DNA of 64,000 bases from Hyalangium versicolor (lineage in GTDB: Bacteria; Myxococcota; Myxococcia; Myxococcales; Myxococcaceae): positions 236,297 through 300,296 of the forward strand of contig NZ_JAHXBF010000014.1 in assembly GCF_020103695.1 (NCBI RefSeq). Reading direction: 5' to 3'. Each line of letters starts with the position of its first letter. Position 1 is the stretch's first letter. This document shows, piece after piece, positions 53,825 through 63,836 of the stretch. The notes beneath the pieces were generated by a model. That model saw only the letters and a program-made list of their open reading frames with translations, was not told the origin of the DNA and did not search any database. Made by a program: the position numbers and the translations under genes.

Positions 53825-56800
53825 GGCCGGACCTCCCCCACCGTGGCGGCAGGCGAAGGCGTGGCCTGAGGAACAGCCCGCGGAGCCTGCTGTTGCTGCT
53901 GCGGCTCAGGCGTTGCCGGAGCGGGCGCCGGAGTGCCAGGAGCAGCAGGCTGGGCTCCCGCTGTGGCGGCGGCCGACATCCCCGGATCCTTGGCCACGTC
54001 CGAGGTGGCGAAGAACTCGCTGCCGCGGAAGGGCACCTGCCGCACCTGCGCGTAGGCTCCTGGACGGTACTTGTTCACCTGGTCCTGCGCCGCGAGCGTC
54101 CACTCGTTGTAGATGGACAGCTCGTAGGCCTTGTCGAGCGCCTTCTCCAGCGCCTCGGTGGACTTGTCCTCGAGCGGGAGCGCCAGATTCTCCAGCTCGC
54201 TGCGGTACATGGCGAGCTGATCCTCATCCAGCCCCTTGGGATCCGGAGACTCGAGGATGTTGCGAGCGAAGTCCGAGTACGCCAGCCCGATCCGCGTGAG
54301 CGCCGCGATACCCCACTCGCCCGAGCCGACGGCCAGCACCGCCGCGTACTCCTTCTCGAGCTTCTGCATCTCTCGCTGCTTGGCGGCCAGGTCGCGCCGG
54401 ATGGTTGCCACGCGCGAGAAACGGATGTCCGTGTAGCGCTTCCACAGGAAGTCCAGCTCCAGGAACCGGGCGTGGGCGTAGGCATCCAGCAGGCTGACGT
54501 TCTTCTTGTCCTCCTCCGAGAGCCGGGCCCATCCGCGCACCATGTCGCCCTGGACGCGCTCCATCTCCTTGGCGTTCTTCAACTGCCGGTACGCCAGCAG
54601 CTCGTGGTACTTCGCCAGGTAGGCCTGGCCGGAGGCGATGCGCGAGTCCTGCCCGTACGTCGCCGCGAAGGAGGCAAACGCCCTCGCTGCCTCGGACCAG
54701 CGGGCATCCTTCTCGTGGACGAGCCCGATGTTGAAGGCGAGCTGCGGCACGTCCTTGCGATCCCGGAAGCGCGAGATGTACGCGCTGTAGGCGACGACAG
54801 CCTTCTGGGACTCGCCCACGCCCTCCCACCAGAGACCGGCGTTGAAGAGCGCGTCGGCCACCCAGCCCTCGGCCTCCGTCAGGAGCTGCTCACGCTCGGA
54901 CCCGGGCTGCCCCTCCGGCTTCTTCGCCGGAGCCGCCGCAGTCTTCGCGCCCTTCTTCGCGACCTTGGCCTTCTTCGCGCCCGAGTCCTTCCCCGTGGCG
55001 GTGTCATAGGCGGCGACGAAGCCCTCATACGCCTCGGCGGCCTTCCGGAACTCGGCCATCTTCTCGTAGAAGCCCGCCAGCGTGAAGCGGACCTTCAGCG
55101 CGAAGGGGCTGTCCGGGTACTCCGCGAGGACACGTTCGCCGGCCTCGACGCCGCGATCCAGCTCCGCGGCCTCCTGGAAGATGATCATCGCGTAGGTGAG
55201 CGCCCGGTCCGCGTTCTCCGACTTGGGGAACTCGGTGACGAACTGCTGGAAGAGCTCGGCGGCCTTCTTCGGGTTCTTCTCCTGGCGGTAGACGACCTCA
55301 TCCACGTACTTGTACTGGCTGCCCTCCACCACCTTGGCCACGCGCACAGCGAAGTCCGTGCCCGGCTTCGTCAGCTTCTTGTTGGACAGGAACTGACGAG
55401 ACAGCTTGCTGAGTTCGAGCCACTCCTCGCGGCTCTCCAGCACGAACATCGTCAGGTCCGCCGCGTCCCGCGAGCGCCGCTCCTCCGGGTACTTGGCGAT
55501 GATCTCGCCGAAGCGCCGCGCCGCGTCCACGAAGTGGTTCCGGTCATACAGGATGACGGCGGCCTGGTAGCGCAGGTCCACCTCGTCCGGATTGTCCGGG
55601 TAGAGCTTGTTGTAGACGTCGCAGGCGGCGACGAGGCGATCCTCGAAGCGGGTGAGCGGCTGCTCCTGCTGCTCCTTCGCGTTCTTCTTGACGATGCGCT
55701 TCTTCTCGACGTCGCCCTTGTACTTGTTCTCGTCGACCTTCTGGCCGTCCTTGAGGTTGCTCTGGGTGAGCTGGCCGCGCTCGATCTTCACCAGCTTGTC
55801 GTAGGCGAGCACCGCCGCGAACGAGGCGCTCTTGCGGTAGGACTCGTTGGAGACCTCCTTGGCCGAGTCCCGGTCCGGGATCTTGAACGCCACCACCGCG
55901 TCGTACTGAGCGGCAGCCGCCTCCCACTCCTCGAGCGTCCAGAGGATCTCCGCGTAGAAGAAGCGCAGGTTGAAGGCCGAGTCCGAGACGAACTCCGGAT
56001 CCGCGCTGGACGCGAACGTGTCCACGTACTCCTTGTAGATGTCGCGGGCAAGCCGGTAGGTCTCCACCTGGCGCGTCTTCTGCGCCTCCTGGTGGTACTC
56101 GGTCACCATCACGCGCATGGCCTCTTCGGTGACGTTGAACGCGTTGCGCAGCACCGTCTTGCTGCCCGTGTTGGCCTGCCACCACGAGCCGCCCGGACGG
56201 TAAAGCTCCACCATCTTCTTCATCTCGGAGCGGACCTGCGTGCGCTGGCGCAGCCCCTCGTAGGCGCGGACGATGGCCTGCTGGTACTCGGGCGCGCCCG
56301 GGCCCATGGGCTTGTCGTCGATCAACCAGTGGAACATGAGGATCGCGCTGTCGAAGTGACCCGCGTCCGCCAGCCCCACCGCTGTCTTCGAGATCAGCCG
56401 CGACTGCCGCTTCGCAGGCGCCTTCTGCTTGAAGTAGGCAATCGCCTCCTTCGGCTGATCCAGCTGCACGTAGAAGACCGTCAGGTCGCTGAGCGCCTCC
56501 GTCTTGAGGTCGCCCAGCTCCTCGCCGCGGGTCTCCGCGAACTCCACCGCCTCCTGCAGCTTCTTGAGGCCAGCGTCGTACTCACCACTGTTGAAGTCGC
56601 ACCAGGCCAGCTTGTAGATGGAGTAGGCGTAGATCTTCGGCACGCCCGTCTCGCGCGCCTTCTCGTAGTTCTTCCGCGCCGGGGCCAGCTTGTTGTTGTC
56701 GAAGTAGTAGTTGCCCAGCTGGATGTACGCGTCCGGCACGAACTGCGACTTCGGGAAGTCGCGGATCAGCTCCTCGTAGCGCTTCACCGCCTCGGGGCCG

Positions 56801-57480
56801 CGGTTGAGCTCCTGGAGGTTGTAGGCCTGCGAGAAGAGGACCTCATCCCGGAGCTCGTACTGCGGATAGTCGCGCAGGATGTCCTCGTAGAGGCTCATCG
56901 TCTCGGCGCGGTAGCGCTCGCTGTCGCGGTGATCCTCCTTGGGGGCATCGATCTTGTCGCCCCGGGCCACCGCCGCGTCGTACTTCTTCTCCTCGGCCAG
57001 GTACCGGTCCATCTCCAGCCGGTAGAGGTACTTGGACTTCTCCCAGTACAGCTCCGAGAGCCGGTAGAGCAGATCCGCCTTGCGCGAGGTACCGTCCTGG
57101 ATCTTCGGGATCAGCCGCTTGAAGCCCTCGATGGCCTCGTCGCGCTTCTTGTCCGCCAGCGCGTCCTTCTTGCTGTCGGCGATGCGCGGCAGATCGGCGA
57201 ACTTGGCGCTGGCGGGGCTCACCCGCGCCGGGCCATTGCGCCGCTCCTTCTCCTCGGGCTCGCCCGGGATGGCCGACGGCGCCTTGGCCGTGGCCTCCTT
57301 GGCCGTAGCCTCCTTGGAGGCGCCAGCCTTGGAACCCGCCTTGGCCTTTGCCGCCGCCGCTGGAGGCTTCTTCGCCGCCTTTCTAGGCGCCGCCGCCTCC
57401 CCCACCCCACTCGCGGTGAGCGCTACGCCCACCGCCAGCGCACCAAAACGAAGGAACGCCTTCATGCGAACTCCTGCCAT
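53821..57480 (-). CDS. large (1219 aa) secreted TPR-repeat protein, NfsD/GltD(AgmU)-like
   Basis: A signal peptide and Lys/Ala-rich N-terminal region lead to TPR-like repeats throughout and a Pro/Ala-rich C-terminus. Size and position match NfsD/AgmU. The competing plus-strand 1230-aa ORF is an Arg/Leu-rich antisense artefact. Confidence 0.65.
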   Translation of the reverse strand: MAGVRMKAFLRFGALAVGVALTASGVGEAAAPRKAAKKPPAAAAKAKAGSKAGASKEATAKEATAKAPSAIPGEPEEKERRNGPARVSPASAKFADLPRIADSKKDALADKKRDEAIEGFKRLIPKIQDGTSRKADLLYRLSELYWEKSKYLYRLEMDRYLAEEKKYDAAVARGDKIDAPKEDHRDSERYRAETMSLYEDILRDYPQYELRDEVLFSQAYNLQELNRGPEAVKRYEELIRDFPKSQFVPDAYIQLGNYYFDNNKLAPARKNYEKARETGVPKIYAYSIYKLAWCDFNSGEYDAGLKKLQEAVEFAETRGEELGDLKTEALSDLTVFYVQLDQPKEAIAYFKQKAPAKRQSRLISKTAVGLADAGHFDSAILMFHWLIDDKPMGPGAPEYQQAIVRAYEGLRQRTQVRSEMKKMVELYRPGGSWWQANTGSKTVLRNAFNVTEEAMRVMVTEYHQEAQKTRQVETYRLARDIYKEYVDTFASSADPEFVSDSAFNLRFFYAEILWTLEEWEAAAAQYDAVVAFKIPDRDSAKEVSNESYRKSASFAAVLAYDKLVKIERGQLTQSNLKDGQKVDENKYKGDVEKKRIVKKNAKEQQEQPLTRFEDRLVAACDVYNKLYPDNPDEVDLRYQAAVILYDRNHFVDAARRFGEIIAKYPEERRSRDAADLTMFVLESREEWLELSKLSRQFLSNKKLTKPGTDFAVRVAKVVEGSQYKYVDEVVYRQEKNPKKAAELFQQFVTEFPKSENADRALTYAMIIFQEAAELDRGVEAGERVLAEYPDSPFALKVRFTLAGFYEKMAEFRKAAEAYEGFVAAYDTATGKDSGAKKAKVAKKGAKTAAAPAKKPEGQPGSEREQLLTEAEGWVADALFNAGLWWEGVGESQKAVVAYSAYISRFRDRKDVPQLAFNIGLVHEKDARWSEAARAFASFAATYGQDSRIASGQAYLAKYHELLAYRQLKNAKEMERVQGDMVRGWARLSEEDKKNVSLLDAYAHARFLELDFLWKRYTDIRFSRVATIRRDLAAKQREMQKLEKEYAAVLAVGSGEWGIAALTRIGLAYSDFARNILESPDPKGLDEDQLAMYRSELENLALPLEDKSTEALEKALDKAYELSIYNEWTLAAQDQVNKYRPGAYAQVRQVPFRGSEFFATSDVAKDPGMSAAATAGAQPAAPGTPAPAPATPEPQQQQQAPRAVPQATPSPAATVGEVRP

Positions 57481-57668
57481 CGAAGGGACGACCGAAGGTA
57501 GACGCGCACTCTTGGAATGAGAAGTGCTGCAACCGTGCCAAGACGACAGAATGCGCCCCAGAGGGCATTGGAGGGTTCAGCAGCTGAACACGAAAAAGGG
57601 GCGGCCACGGCGCGGAACAACGCGCGGACTCGCCCCCTTACTCCTGACTGCTCGAACGCCGATCAAGC

Positions 57669-59285
57669 CTACCGCGAGCCCAGCTCCTCACGATCCTCGT
57701 CGCGCCCCTGCTGGCTCCGCTGCTCCTGGCCAGGCTTCGCCGGACAGCCCCGCTTGAGCGTGTACTGGTAGTAGCCGATCTCGTCGATCCAGAACTCGCC
57801 CTGGAACTTCCAGTAGTTCCAGGCGGCGCCGGGCATGGCGGGCCGATAGAGCGACTGCCGCTTGAGCAGGGCCTTTTGATCCACGCCCGCCTGGAGCAGG
57901 TCCTTCTGATCGAGCGCAGTCTGCACGCGGATGATCTCGGCCTGGTCGGAGAAGGTGCGCAGGTTGTCGGAGGCCTCGCGGAGCCGACTCTTGGCCAGGG
58001 TGCCGCCCACCTGGAGCAGCGTGTTGCGGACATCCTCCAAGGAGGCCACCGTCTGCGTCGCCAGAGCGCTCCCCTTCCAGGACGACGAGCCGACGATGGC
58101 CCGCTTCTCCGAGTCCACGTTGGCCAGCACCCGCATCACCTCGCGGATGCGCTCGTTGTTGCGGATCCACAGGTACACCGGGCGAGGCAGCCGCCGGTTC
58201 TCCGAGGCGGACACCATGTTGAAGGTGGGGATCAAGTCCACGTCGTCGCCGGTGAAGGGCTGCAGCTGCTTCGCCATCGGCCCGTACACGTCGTCATACG
58301 CGGCCAGCGTCGTCTTCACCTCGTCGAAGAGGCAGCTGTAGTAGTAGACGGTCGCCTTGAGGATCCACGACTCGGGCTGGAAGGCGCCGGCGAACTGGGG
58401 CGCATGCAGTGCCTGGAGGCTGCCGAGCGCTCCGCCGAAGTCCTCGTTCTGGAAGCGGGAGAAGCCATTCTCGAAGAGGGCCTGATCCCAGTAGCGCGAG
58501 TAGCGCGGGACGGCCTCGTAGGCCTCGCTCGCTTCCTTATACTCCCCGCGCCCGTAGTGGAGGCGCCCGAGCCCCAGCATCGCCAGCTCGCGCGTCTCCT
58601 TGAACTCGAGCTGCCGCTCGGCCTTCTCGCCTTTCTGCTTCAAAACCGTCTGGAACGCGGCCAGGGCAGCCTTGTCCAGCGCATCCGCCTCGCCCGGGCG
58701 GCCCGGGAAGCGCGGATCAGCCAGCACGATGCCCAGCAGATACTGCGACTTGGCATAGACTCGGCTGTCGGGTGGCACCGCCTCCAGCAGCGAGCGCGCC
58801 TCCTCGAAGCGGCCACGGCGGTGGCTGATGGTGCCCACCAGGAAGTTGATGCGCGCGAGCACCTCGCGAGGCAGCGTCACCCACTGATCCCGCACCTCAT
58901 CCGTGTAGGCCTGGTTGAGCAGGCTGGGGATCAGGTTCTGCTCATCCAACTGCTGCTGGATGTCGACAAGCCCCTCCACTCCCTTGAGGTACGAAGGGTG
59001 CTTCGGGCCGGCTTTGACGATGGCGGCATAGGTGACGAAGGCGGCCACTGGGAGGCCCTTCTTCGCGAAGGTCTGCGCCAGGTAGTACTCGGCCTTGCCC
59101 TTCGTCTCCGGATCCGAGGCCCGCTCGGAGGTCTCGAAGAAGAGCGGCGCGGCCGCGTCGAGATCACCCGCGTTGAAGGCGGAGAGCGCGCGGTTGTAGG
59201 CATTCACATCCTGGGCGGACGCCGCGAGCGGTGCCAGGACGACGGCGACGAGTGCGAGCAGTCGGGACATGACAGAGGTTTCCAT
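57669..59285 (-). CDS. secreted TPR-repeat protein, NfsC/GltC-like
   Basis: Signal peptide (MSRLLALVAVVLAPLAASAQD) and TPR repeats. Its start codon overlaps the upstream gene's stop by 1 nt. Confidence 0.6.
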   Translation of the reverse strand: METSVMSRLLALVAVVLAPLAASAQDVNAYNRALSAFNAGDLDAAAPLFFETSERASDPETKGKAEYYLAQTFAKKGLPVAAFVTYAAIVKAGPKHPSYLKGVEGLVDIQQQLDEQNLIPSLLNQAYTDEVRDQWVTLPREVLARINFLVGTISHRRGRFEEARSLLEAVPPDSRVYAKSQYLLGIVLADPRFPGRPGEADALDKAALAAFQTVLKQKGEKAERQLEFKETRELAMLGLGRLHYGRGEYKEASEAYEAVPRYSRYWDQALFENGFSRFQNEDFGGALGSLQALHAPQFAGAFQPESWILKATVYYYSCLFDEVKTTLAAYDDVYGPMAKQLQPFTGDDVDLIPTFNMVSASENRRLPRPVYLWIRNNERIREVMRVLANVDSEKRAIVGSSSWKGSALATQTVASLEDVRNTLLQVGGTLAKSRLREASDNLRTFSDQAEIIRVQTALDQKDLLQAGVDQKALLKRQSLYRPAMPGAAWNYWKFQGEFWIDEIGYYQYTLKRGCPAKPGQEQRSQQGRDEDREELGSR

Positions 59286-60514
59286 CAGAAGAGGACCGAG
59301 AAGCCGGCGTAGAAGCTCACGTTGTTGAGGACGTCCGAGGAGGGCTCGGCCACCAGATCCCTCCCGAGGATGATGTCCTCGCGGTAGTTCTTCTTGGTCT
59401 TGGGGTCCACGCCGTCGAACTTCTGGAACTGGCAGCCACCGCTGAGGCCCAGGTTGGAGAACGGAGCATCACTGGCGCGCGCGGCCTCCATCGCCTCGAA
59501 GTCGGCCAGGTTGCAGCCGTCCACGCGATCCACCCGAGCGGTGTAGACGACGTCCTTCACCTCGAGGCGCACCGAGTACGAATCACCAAACTGGACGCGG
59601 AAGCCGCCGCCCACCGAGCCGAGGAACTTGGTCCCCGTGTAGCCGAAGCGCGCCGGGACGTCGTACGTCTGGCCATCCACCTCGTTGGCCACCTGCGGGC
59701 GGATCAGATGCCGCGTGCCGCCGAAGCCCGCGCCGCCGTTGATGATCAGGCTGAACTGCGCCAGGTGGTTGTCGTAGAAGGCGAATTTGCCGTAGAGCGG
59801 CGTCACCTCGACGCCGGCCTGCGCGCCCCACGTCAGCAGCAGCGACGAGGCCGCCTGAGCCTGCTCGCGAACCTTGTCGATCAGCTCCAGGTTGAAGTGG
59901 CTCTCGTTGGAGTGCCAGTTGTACTGGCCCGTCAGCTGGACGGCGAAGTTCTCCTGCAGGTGATACGTGTAGTTGAGCGCGCTGCCCGCGTGGTTGGTGA
60001 ACCGGCCGTTCACCTGCACCGCCACCGGATAGAGCGCGAACTCATGCCGGCCCTCGTCCGCGAAGCGCTTCTTCTGGACGATGTGGACGGACACGTTCGG
60101 GTTGTAGAGCGGCGCGCCGTTCACCAGCCGCTGCTGCTCCGGCGTCGTCGTACTCAGCTCGTTGTCCACGTCCCCCATCGCCACGGGAGCATCCGAAGCG
60201 GGCTGCTGCGGAGCCGAGGCCTCGGCGGGAGGCGGAGCCTCATTCGAAGAAGGAGCCTGATTCTCGGACTCCTCTTCCTCCTCCTGCACCGGCTTGCGGG
60301 CCGCGGGAGTGGACTGCTCGGCGGGCACGGCCGAGCCCATCTCGTGCGGAGTCGTCGGCTGAGGCCGTGCCACCGGATCAGCCGGAGCAGCCACCGAGGG
60401 AGGAATGGAGCTCTCGGCTCCGGGCGCGGGCACCGTGGGCTTGGCTTGAGCCACCGCGGGCTCGGCACCAACAAGGGTCGACAGGAAGACCGCGAAGGAC
60501 AGGATCGTTCGCAT
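59285..60514 (-). CDS. outer-membrane beta-barrel protein with a Pro/Ala-rich N-terminal region, NfsB/GltB-like
   Basis: A signal peptide, a ~110-aa Pro/Ala/Glu-rich linker and a beta-strand-rich domain end in an aromatic C-terminus (AGFSVLF). Confidence 0.6.
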   Translation of the reverse strand: MRTILSFAVFLSTLVGAEPAVAQAKPTVPAPGAESSIPPSVAAPADPVARPQPTTPHEMGSAVPAEQSTPAARKPVQEEEEESENQAPSSNEAPPPAEASAPQQPASDAPVAMGDVDNELSTTTPEQQRLVNGAPLYNPNVSVHIVQKKRFADEGRHEFALYPVAVQVNGRFTNHAGSALNYTYHLQENFAVQLTGQYNWHSNESHFNLELIDKVREQAQAASSLLLTWGAQAGVEVTPLYGKFAFYDNHLAQFSLIINGGAGFGGTRHLIRPQVANEVDGQTYDVPARFGYTGTKFLGSVGGGFRVQFGDSYSVRLEVKDVVYTARVDRVDGCNLADFEAMEAARASDAPFSNLGLSGGCQFQKFDGVDPKTKKNYREDIILGRDLVAEPSSDVLNNVSFYAGFSVLF

Positions 60515-60519
60515 GGGTT

Positions 60520-61338
60520 CTAGAAGAGGAAGGTGTAGCCGATGTCGAACTGGACGAGATGAGTGAGGCCCGGGTGAGACGCGGGCGAGCCCGTTTCGCG
60601 GCCCGCCTCCCAGTCATCCCGAGACAGCTCCACGCGGTAGGCGTCGCGGAACACCCAGTCCCGCAGCTCGAACTTCACGCCGTGCCGCTCGAAGGCGAAG
60701 AACCGGAAGCCCACCGCGGCGCTCACCACCGGGGCCACCCGCGTCTCCTTCACCCAGAAGTTCTCGTTGGCCGTGGAGCGATCGAACGGATCCGAGCGGT
60801 CGTCGCAGATGCCCAGCCCCCGGTCCACCACCTGGCCGCACTGGATCAGCGACTGGCGCTTGAACGAGCCCACCCCGCCGCCGCCCCACAGGTAAGCCTG
60901 GAAGTGGGCGGGCACCTCGGCCATCAGCGACAGCTTCCCGTACACGGGCGCCCACCGCAGGCCGACGACACCGTGGGCGTTCATCCGCCACAGGTCCTCC
61001 AGCTCGTCGGTGATCTTCTTGTCGTCCCGGCCGAGGAAGCTCTCGGAGATGGAGCGCGCCAGGCCCGTCTGCCGGCTGAAGGAGTAGCCGGCGCGGCCCT
61101 CCACGGCGAAGGTGTCGAAGAGGTTGTAGGCCACACCGATGTCCAGCGTGTAGTGGGCCGTGAGGTACGTGAGCATGGAGACGCCCACGCTCGGAGAGAA
61201 CTCGAGGTTGCCCGCGGGGCGGTAGAGCCGGTTGCGGACAACGGCTGGCTCCAGGAGTTGCTCCTGCCCGGCGGCGCTCAGGGCCGTCAGGGCCAGGATC
61301 ATCGAGGAGAGCACGCGAAGTAAACGCACGGTCAACAT
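60520..61338 (-). CDS. outer-membrane beta-barrel protein, NfsA/GltA-like (first gene of the operon)
   Basis: A signal peptide (ILALTALSAAGQ), amphipathic beta-strands and a C-terminal GYTFLF are present. It lies 5 nt upstream of the next gene. Confidence 0.6.
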   Translation of the reverse strand: MLTVRLLRVLSSMILALTALSAAGQEQLLEPAVVRNRLYRPAGNLEFSPSVGVSMLTYLTAHYTLDIGVAYNLFDTFAVEGRAGYSFSRQTGLARSISESFLGRDDKKITDELEDLWRMNAHGVVGLRWAPVYGKLSLMAEVPAHFQAYLWGGGGVGSFKRQSLIQCGQVVDRGLGICDDRSDPFDRSTANENFWVKETRVAPVVSAAVGFRFFAFERHGVKFELRDWVFRDAYRVELSRDDWEAGRETGSPASHPGLTHLVQFDIGYTFLF

Positions 61339-61580
61339 AGGGTCCTGGTGCGGCCGTGGGGGCTGGCCGCGATGTAGCTGTGAGGATCAGCGCCCCCTTG
61401 GAAGCCGAGCGTCCCAGCGACGCGCGACCCCTTGTTGGCGCATCCAAGTGCACATCCGATGCCCGACGGGCAAGGTGCGCAGAACCCCCGACCGTGCATT
61501 TTTTTCACGGCTGAAGCCAGCACCGCTTGATGGATGACGTTTCGAGGCCCCTCCCCTCCAGGTTGTGGGCCTCCAGACTG

Positions 61581-61625
61581 CAAAAACGAGCGCCCCGCCC
61601 CCGAGCAACTGTTGGCTCGGGAACG
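61581..61625 (-). terminator. putative intrinsic terminator downstream of the Hint-domain gene
   Basis: The minus-strand RNA reads CCCGAGC-CAACAGUU-GCUCGGG, then GGCGGGGCGCUCGUUUUUGC. A 7-bp stem is followed closely by a U5 tract, 65-110 nt after the stop at 61690. Confidence 0.5.
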
Positions 61626-61689
61626 GGGCGCTGGAGGGTGGGGATCACGGTGAAGCTCGATTCCCCCCTTACACCTGCTTACCTGGAGG

Positions 61690-63567
61690 CTACTTGCGGG
61701 CGGCGCCGCGCTTCACGTCGAGCCGCTGGGCGAAGTCCTTCCGCCAGTCCTTGGACAGGGCGACCTGCGGGTGCTTCGGCGTCTCGAGCTGGATCTGCAT
61801 GGAGTTGTCACCGACCAGGAAGCCACCGGCGAACATGGTGCGCTCCTCCTTGCTCAGCGCGGCCAGCTCCGCGTCCGTCCCCAGGGTCAGGTTGAAGACC
61901 TGGCCCTCGGTGGGCATGCGCTCGATGGAGGTGATGGTGGTGGTTCCACCCTTCGCCTTGACCTGATCCTTCACCTTCAGCGCCACCGCAGGCACCACCT
62001 TGCCGGAGGCGGTGATGACCGGGTGCTGCTCGGTGAGGCGCACGTCGTGGCCCGCGCTGTCGCGCACGTGCACGAGCGGCTTGTCCTCGTTGCCGCGGGA
62101 GATGTCCATCACCGTCAGCGCCACGCCCTTGTCGTTGGCGATGACCTTGTCCCCCACCTTGAGCTGCTCGATCGCGCTGCTGCTGCCGTCCGCGCGCAGG
62201 ATGCTCGTGCCCGCCGCCATGCAGCTGTTGCGGTAGAAGATCTTCTGGGTCACCAGCGCCTTCAGATCCGGGGTGGTGGCGGTGTAGCGGTTCTCGATCA
62301 GGCCGCCGCCGCAGTCGGCCTTGGCCTTGATCTGCATCCAGAGCGCGACGGGCTCGTTGAGGATCGTGTCCGTGGTGCAGTTGCCCGGACCGCTGGCCAC
62401 GTTGGTGAAGTCCGCCAGGAACGAGAAGGCGGAGTAGCGCGAGCCGGTGACCAGGTTGTTCAGGAAGTCCGCCTCCACGTAGCAGACCTTGCCCGTGTTC
62501 ACGAGCTGCAGGCGCAGCTTGGCCGACTCGAACTGGGTGATGCGGCAGTCGGTGGACTTCGCGCCCGCGTCATAGATGCCGTTGACCGGCAGGTAGATCC
62601 GCGACTGCGAGTAGGGCAGGCGCACCGGCCAGTACGCACCCGGATCCCGCGAGCCGTCCGCCTTGGCGCCGGCCAGGCCCGTGATCTGGCCAGTGGACGG
62701 GTAGGCCTGCAGCAGACCGTTGACGTAGCCCGAGATGGCGTAGTCGCAGTCGCTGCCACCGCGCTGCTGGCAGACCACGATGTCCGAGCCCGCGCCGCCC
62801 AGCAGCTGCGCCGGGTGGAATACGCTGATGCCCTGCGGGGCCGGCGTGGAGACCGTCTGCGCCTGCGTGTACGTGTACTGCTCGGCGCCCGTGCGGCTGT
62901 CCATGGCGATCATCAGCGACTCGAGGTTCAGGTGCCTGTCGCCACGCGCCGGAACGCTCGGGTAGATGAGGAGGTCGCCAACGAAGTTCGTGCCGCCGCT
63001 GTAGTCCTCACCCGCCGCGGAGTCGATGGGGATGTTGTCCGTCAGATCGCGGTTCGAGTCATAGGCAATGACATCGGTATAGACGTAGTCAGAGCCGCCC
63101 TCACAGGCCACCACCGGAGTGACTTCATAGGTAGTGCTGGAGCCGTCGCCCTTCTCGCCGCCCACATAGAGGAAGTGGGTGCACCACTGGCCCTGCTCCG
63201 TCGCCCCGGTCTGCTCGATACCCGAGGCCCGCCCGCCGGCCAGCGCCTTCTCCCGGGCCACGGTCAGCCGCGAGAAGAGGTTGGGAGAGTTCTTCGGAGT
63301 CTTTCCAGAAGCCCGGAGCCGGTTCTCCACGAAGCGGTACTGCGCCGGATCCGTCAGATCGATGCGCATCGAGTCCGCGGTCTGCAGGCCGCGAGCCTGG
63401 AACTTCTGGCGCATGTACAGCGCATCCGCGGCCAGTGCGGCCCGATCAGGGCTGGCAGCGGGCTCTCTCAAGCCGCTGGTCCACCCCGCGGATAGCAATG
63501 CAACAGTAGAGAGCGAGCCCACGGAGACAAAGGAACGCAACGCCTTCGACACCTTCTGGTTCTTCAT
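61690..63567 (-). CDS. secreted Cys-containing protein with a C-terminal Hint (Hedgehog/intein-like, Hint_2-type) domain
   Basis: The Hint N-terminal block CMAAGTSILRADGSSSAIEQLKVGDKVIAND matches C-x-A-x-GT-x-I...G....V..L..GD.V. A signal peptide follows the start MKNQKV (SD GGGAGAAAGA upstream); the ORF is open to 63600. The N-terminal 400 aa carry many paired Cys residues. Confidence 0.65.
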   Translation of the reverse strand: MKNQKVSKALRSFVSVGSLSTVALLSAGWTSGLREPAASPDRAALAADALYMRQKFQARGLQTADSMRIDLTDPAQYRFVENRLRASGKTPKNSPNLFSRLTVAREKALAGGRASGIEQTGATEQGQWCTHFLYVGGEKGDGSSTTYEVTPVVACEGGSDYVYTDVIAYDSNRDLTDNIPIDSAAGEDYSGGTNFVGDLLIYPSVPARGDRHLNLESLMIAMDSRTGAEQYTYTQAQTVSTPAPQGISVFHPAQLLGGAGSDIVVCQQRGGSDCDYAISGYVNGLLQAYPSTGQITGLAGAKADGSRDPGAYWPVRLPYSQSRIYLPVNGIYDAGAKSTDCRITQFESAKLRLQLVNTGKVCYVEADFLNNLVTGSRYSAFSFLADFTNVASGPGNCTTDTILNEPVALWMQIKAKADCGGGLIENRYTATTPDLKALVTQKIFYRNSCMAAGTSILRADGSSSAIEQLKVGDKVIANDKGVALTVMDISRGNEDKPLVHVRDSAGHDVRLTEQHPVITASGKVVPAVALKVKDQVKAKGGTTTITSIERMPTEGQVFNLTLGTDAELAALSKEERTMFAGGFLVGDNSMQIQLETPKHPQVALSKDWRKDFAQRLDVKRGAARK

Positions 63568-63635
63568 TCTTTCTCCCTCTGGATGACCCATACACATCAC
63601 TCGTGGTCGTCACGCCGAGATGAGACGGCCCTTCC

Positions 63636-63657
63636 GTGTCGCCATCCGCGGCGACAC
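63636..63657 (-). promoter_or_regulatory. perfect 8-bp inverted repeat GTGTCGCC-N6-GGCGACAC between the Cys-rich partial ORF and the Hint-domain gene
   Basis: It sits 70 nt upstream of the Hint gene start, in a region that includes an AT-richer stretch (63760-63830) unusual for this genome. It could be an operator or attenuator hairpin. Confidence 0.3.
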
Positions 63658-63836
63658 GGTCTCTGCCTGCACAAGAACTGTTGGAATTGGCCCCTGGGCC
63701 CGGCGCTCGGCGTGAGCGGCACGTGAGGGCAGCTTTTACCAAAGGCAAACCCGAAAGTCCAAGGTTTCTTCTATATTACGATAATGCTGGAATCCGGGAC
63801 TTCTTCGGTTTTGCGAAGATTTGACTGGACCTGGGC

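Noticed and set aside
53809-57501. 1230-aa plus-strand ORF, the mirror of the NfsD/GltD-like gene
   Set aside because: The translation is dominated by Arg/Leu/Gly (RRRRGLRNSPRSLLLLLRLRR...), typical of antisense frames in high-GC DNA. The minus-strand product has balanced composition, a signal peptide and TPR repeats.
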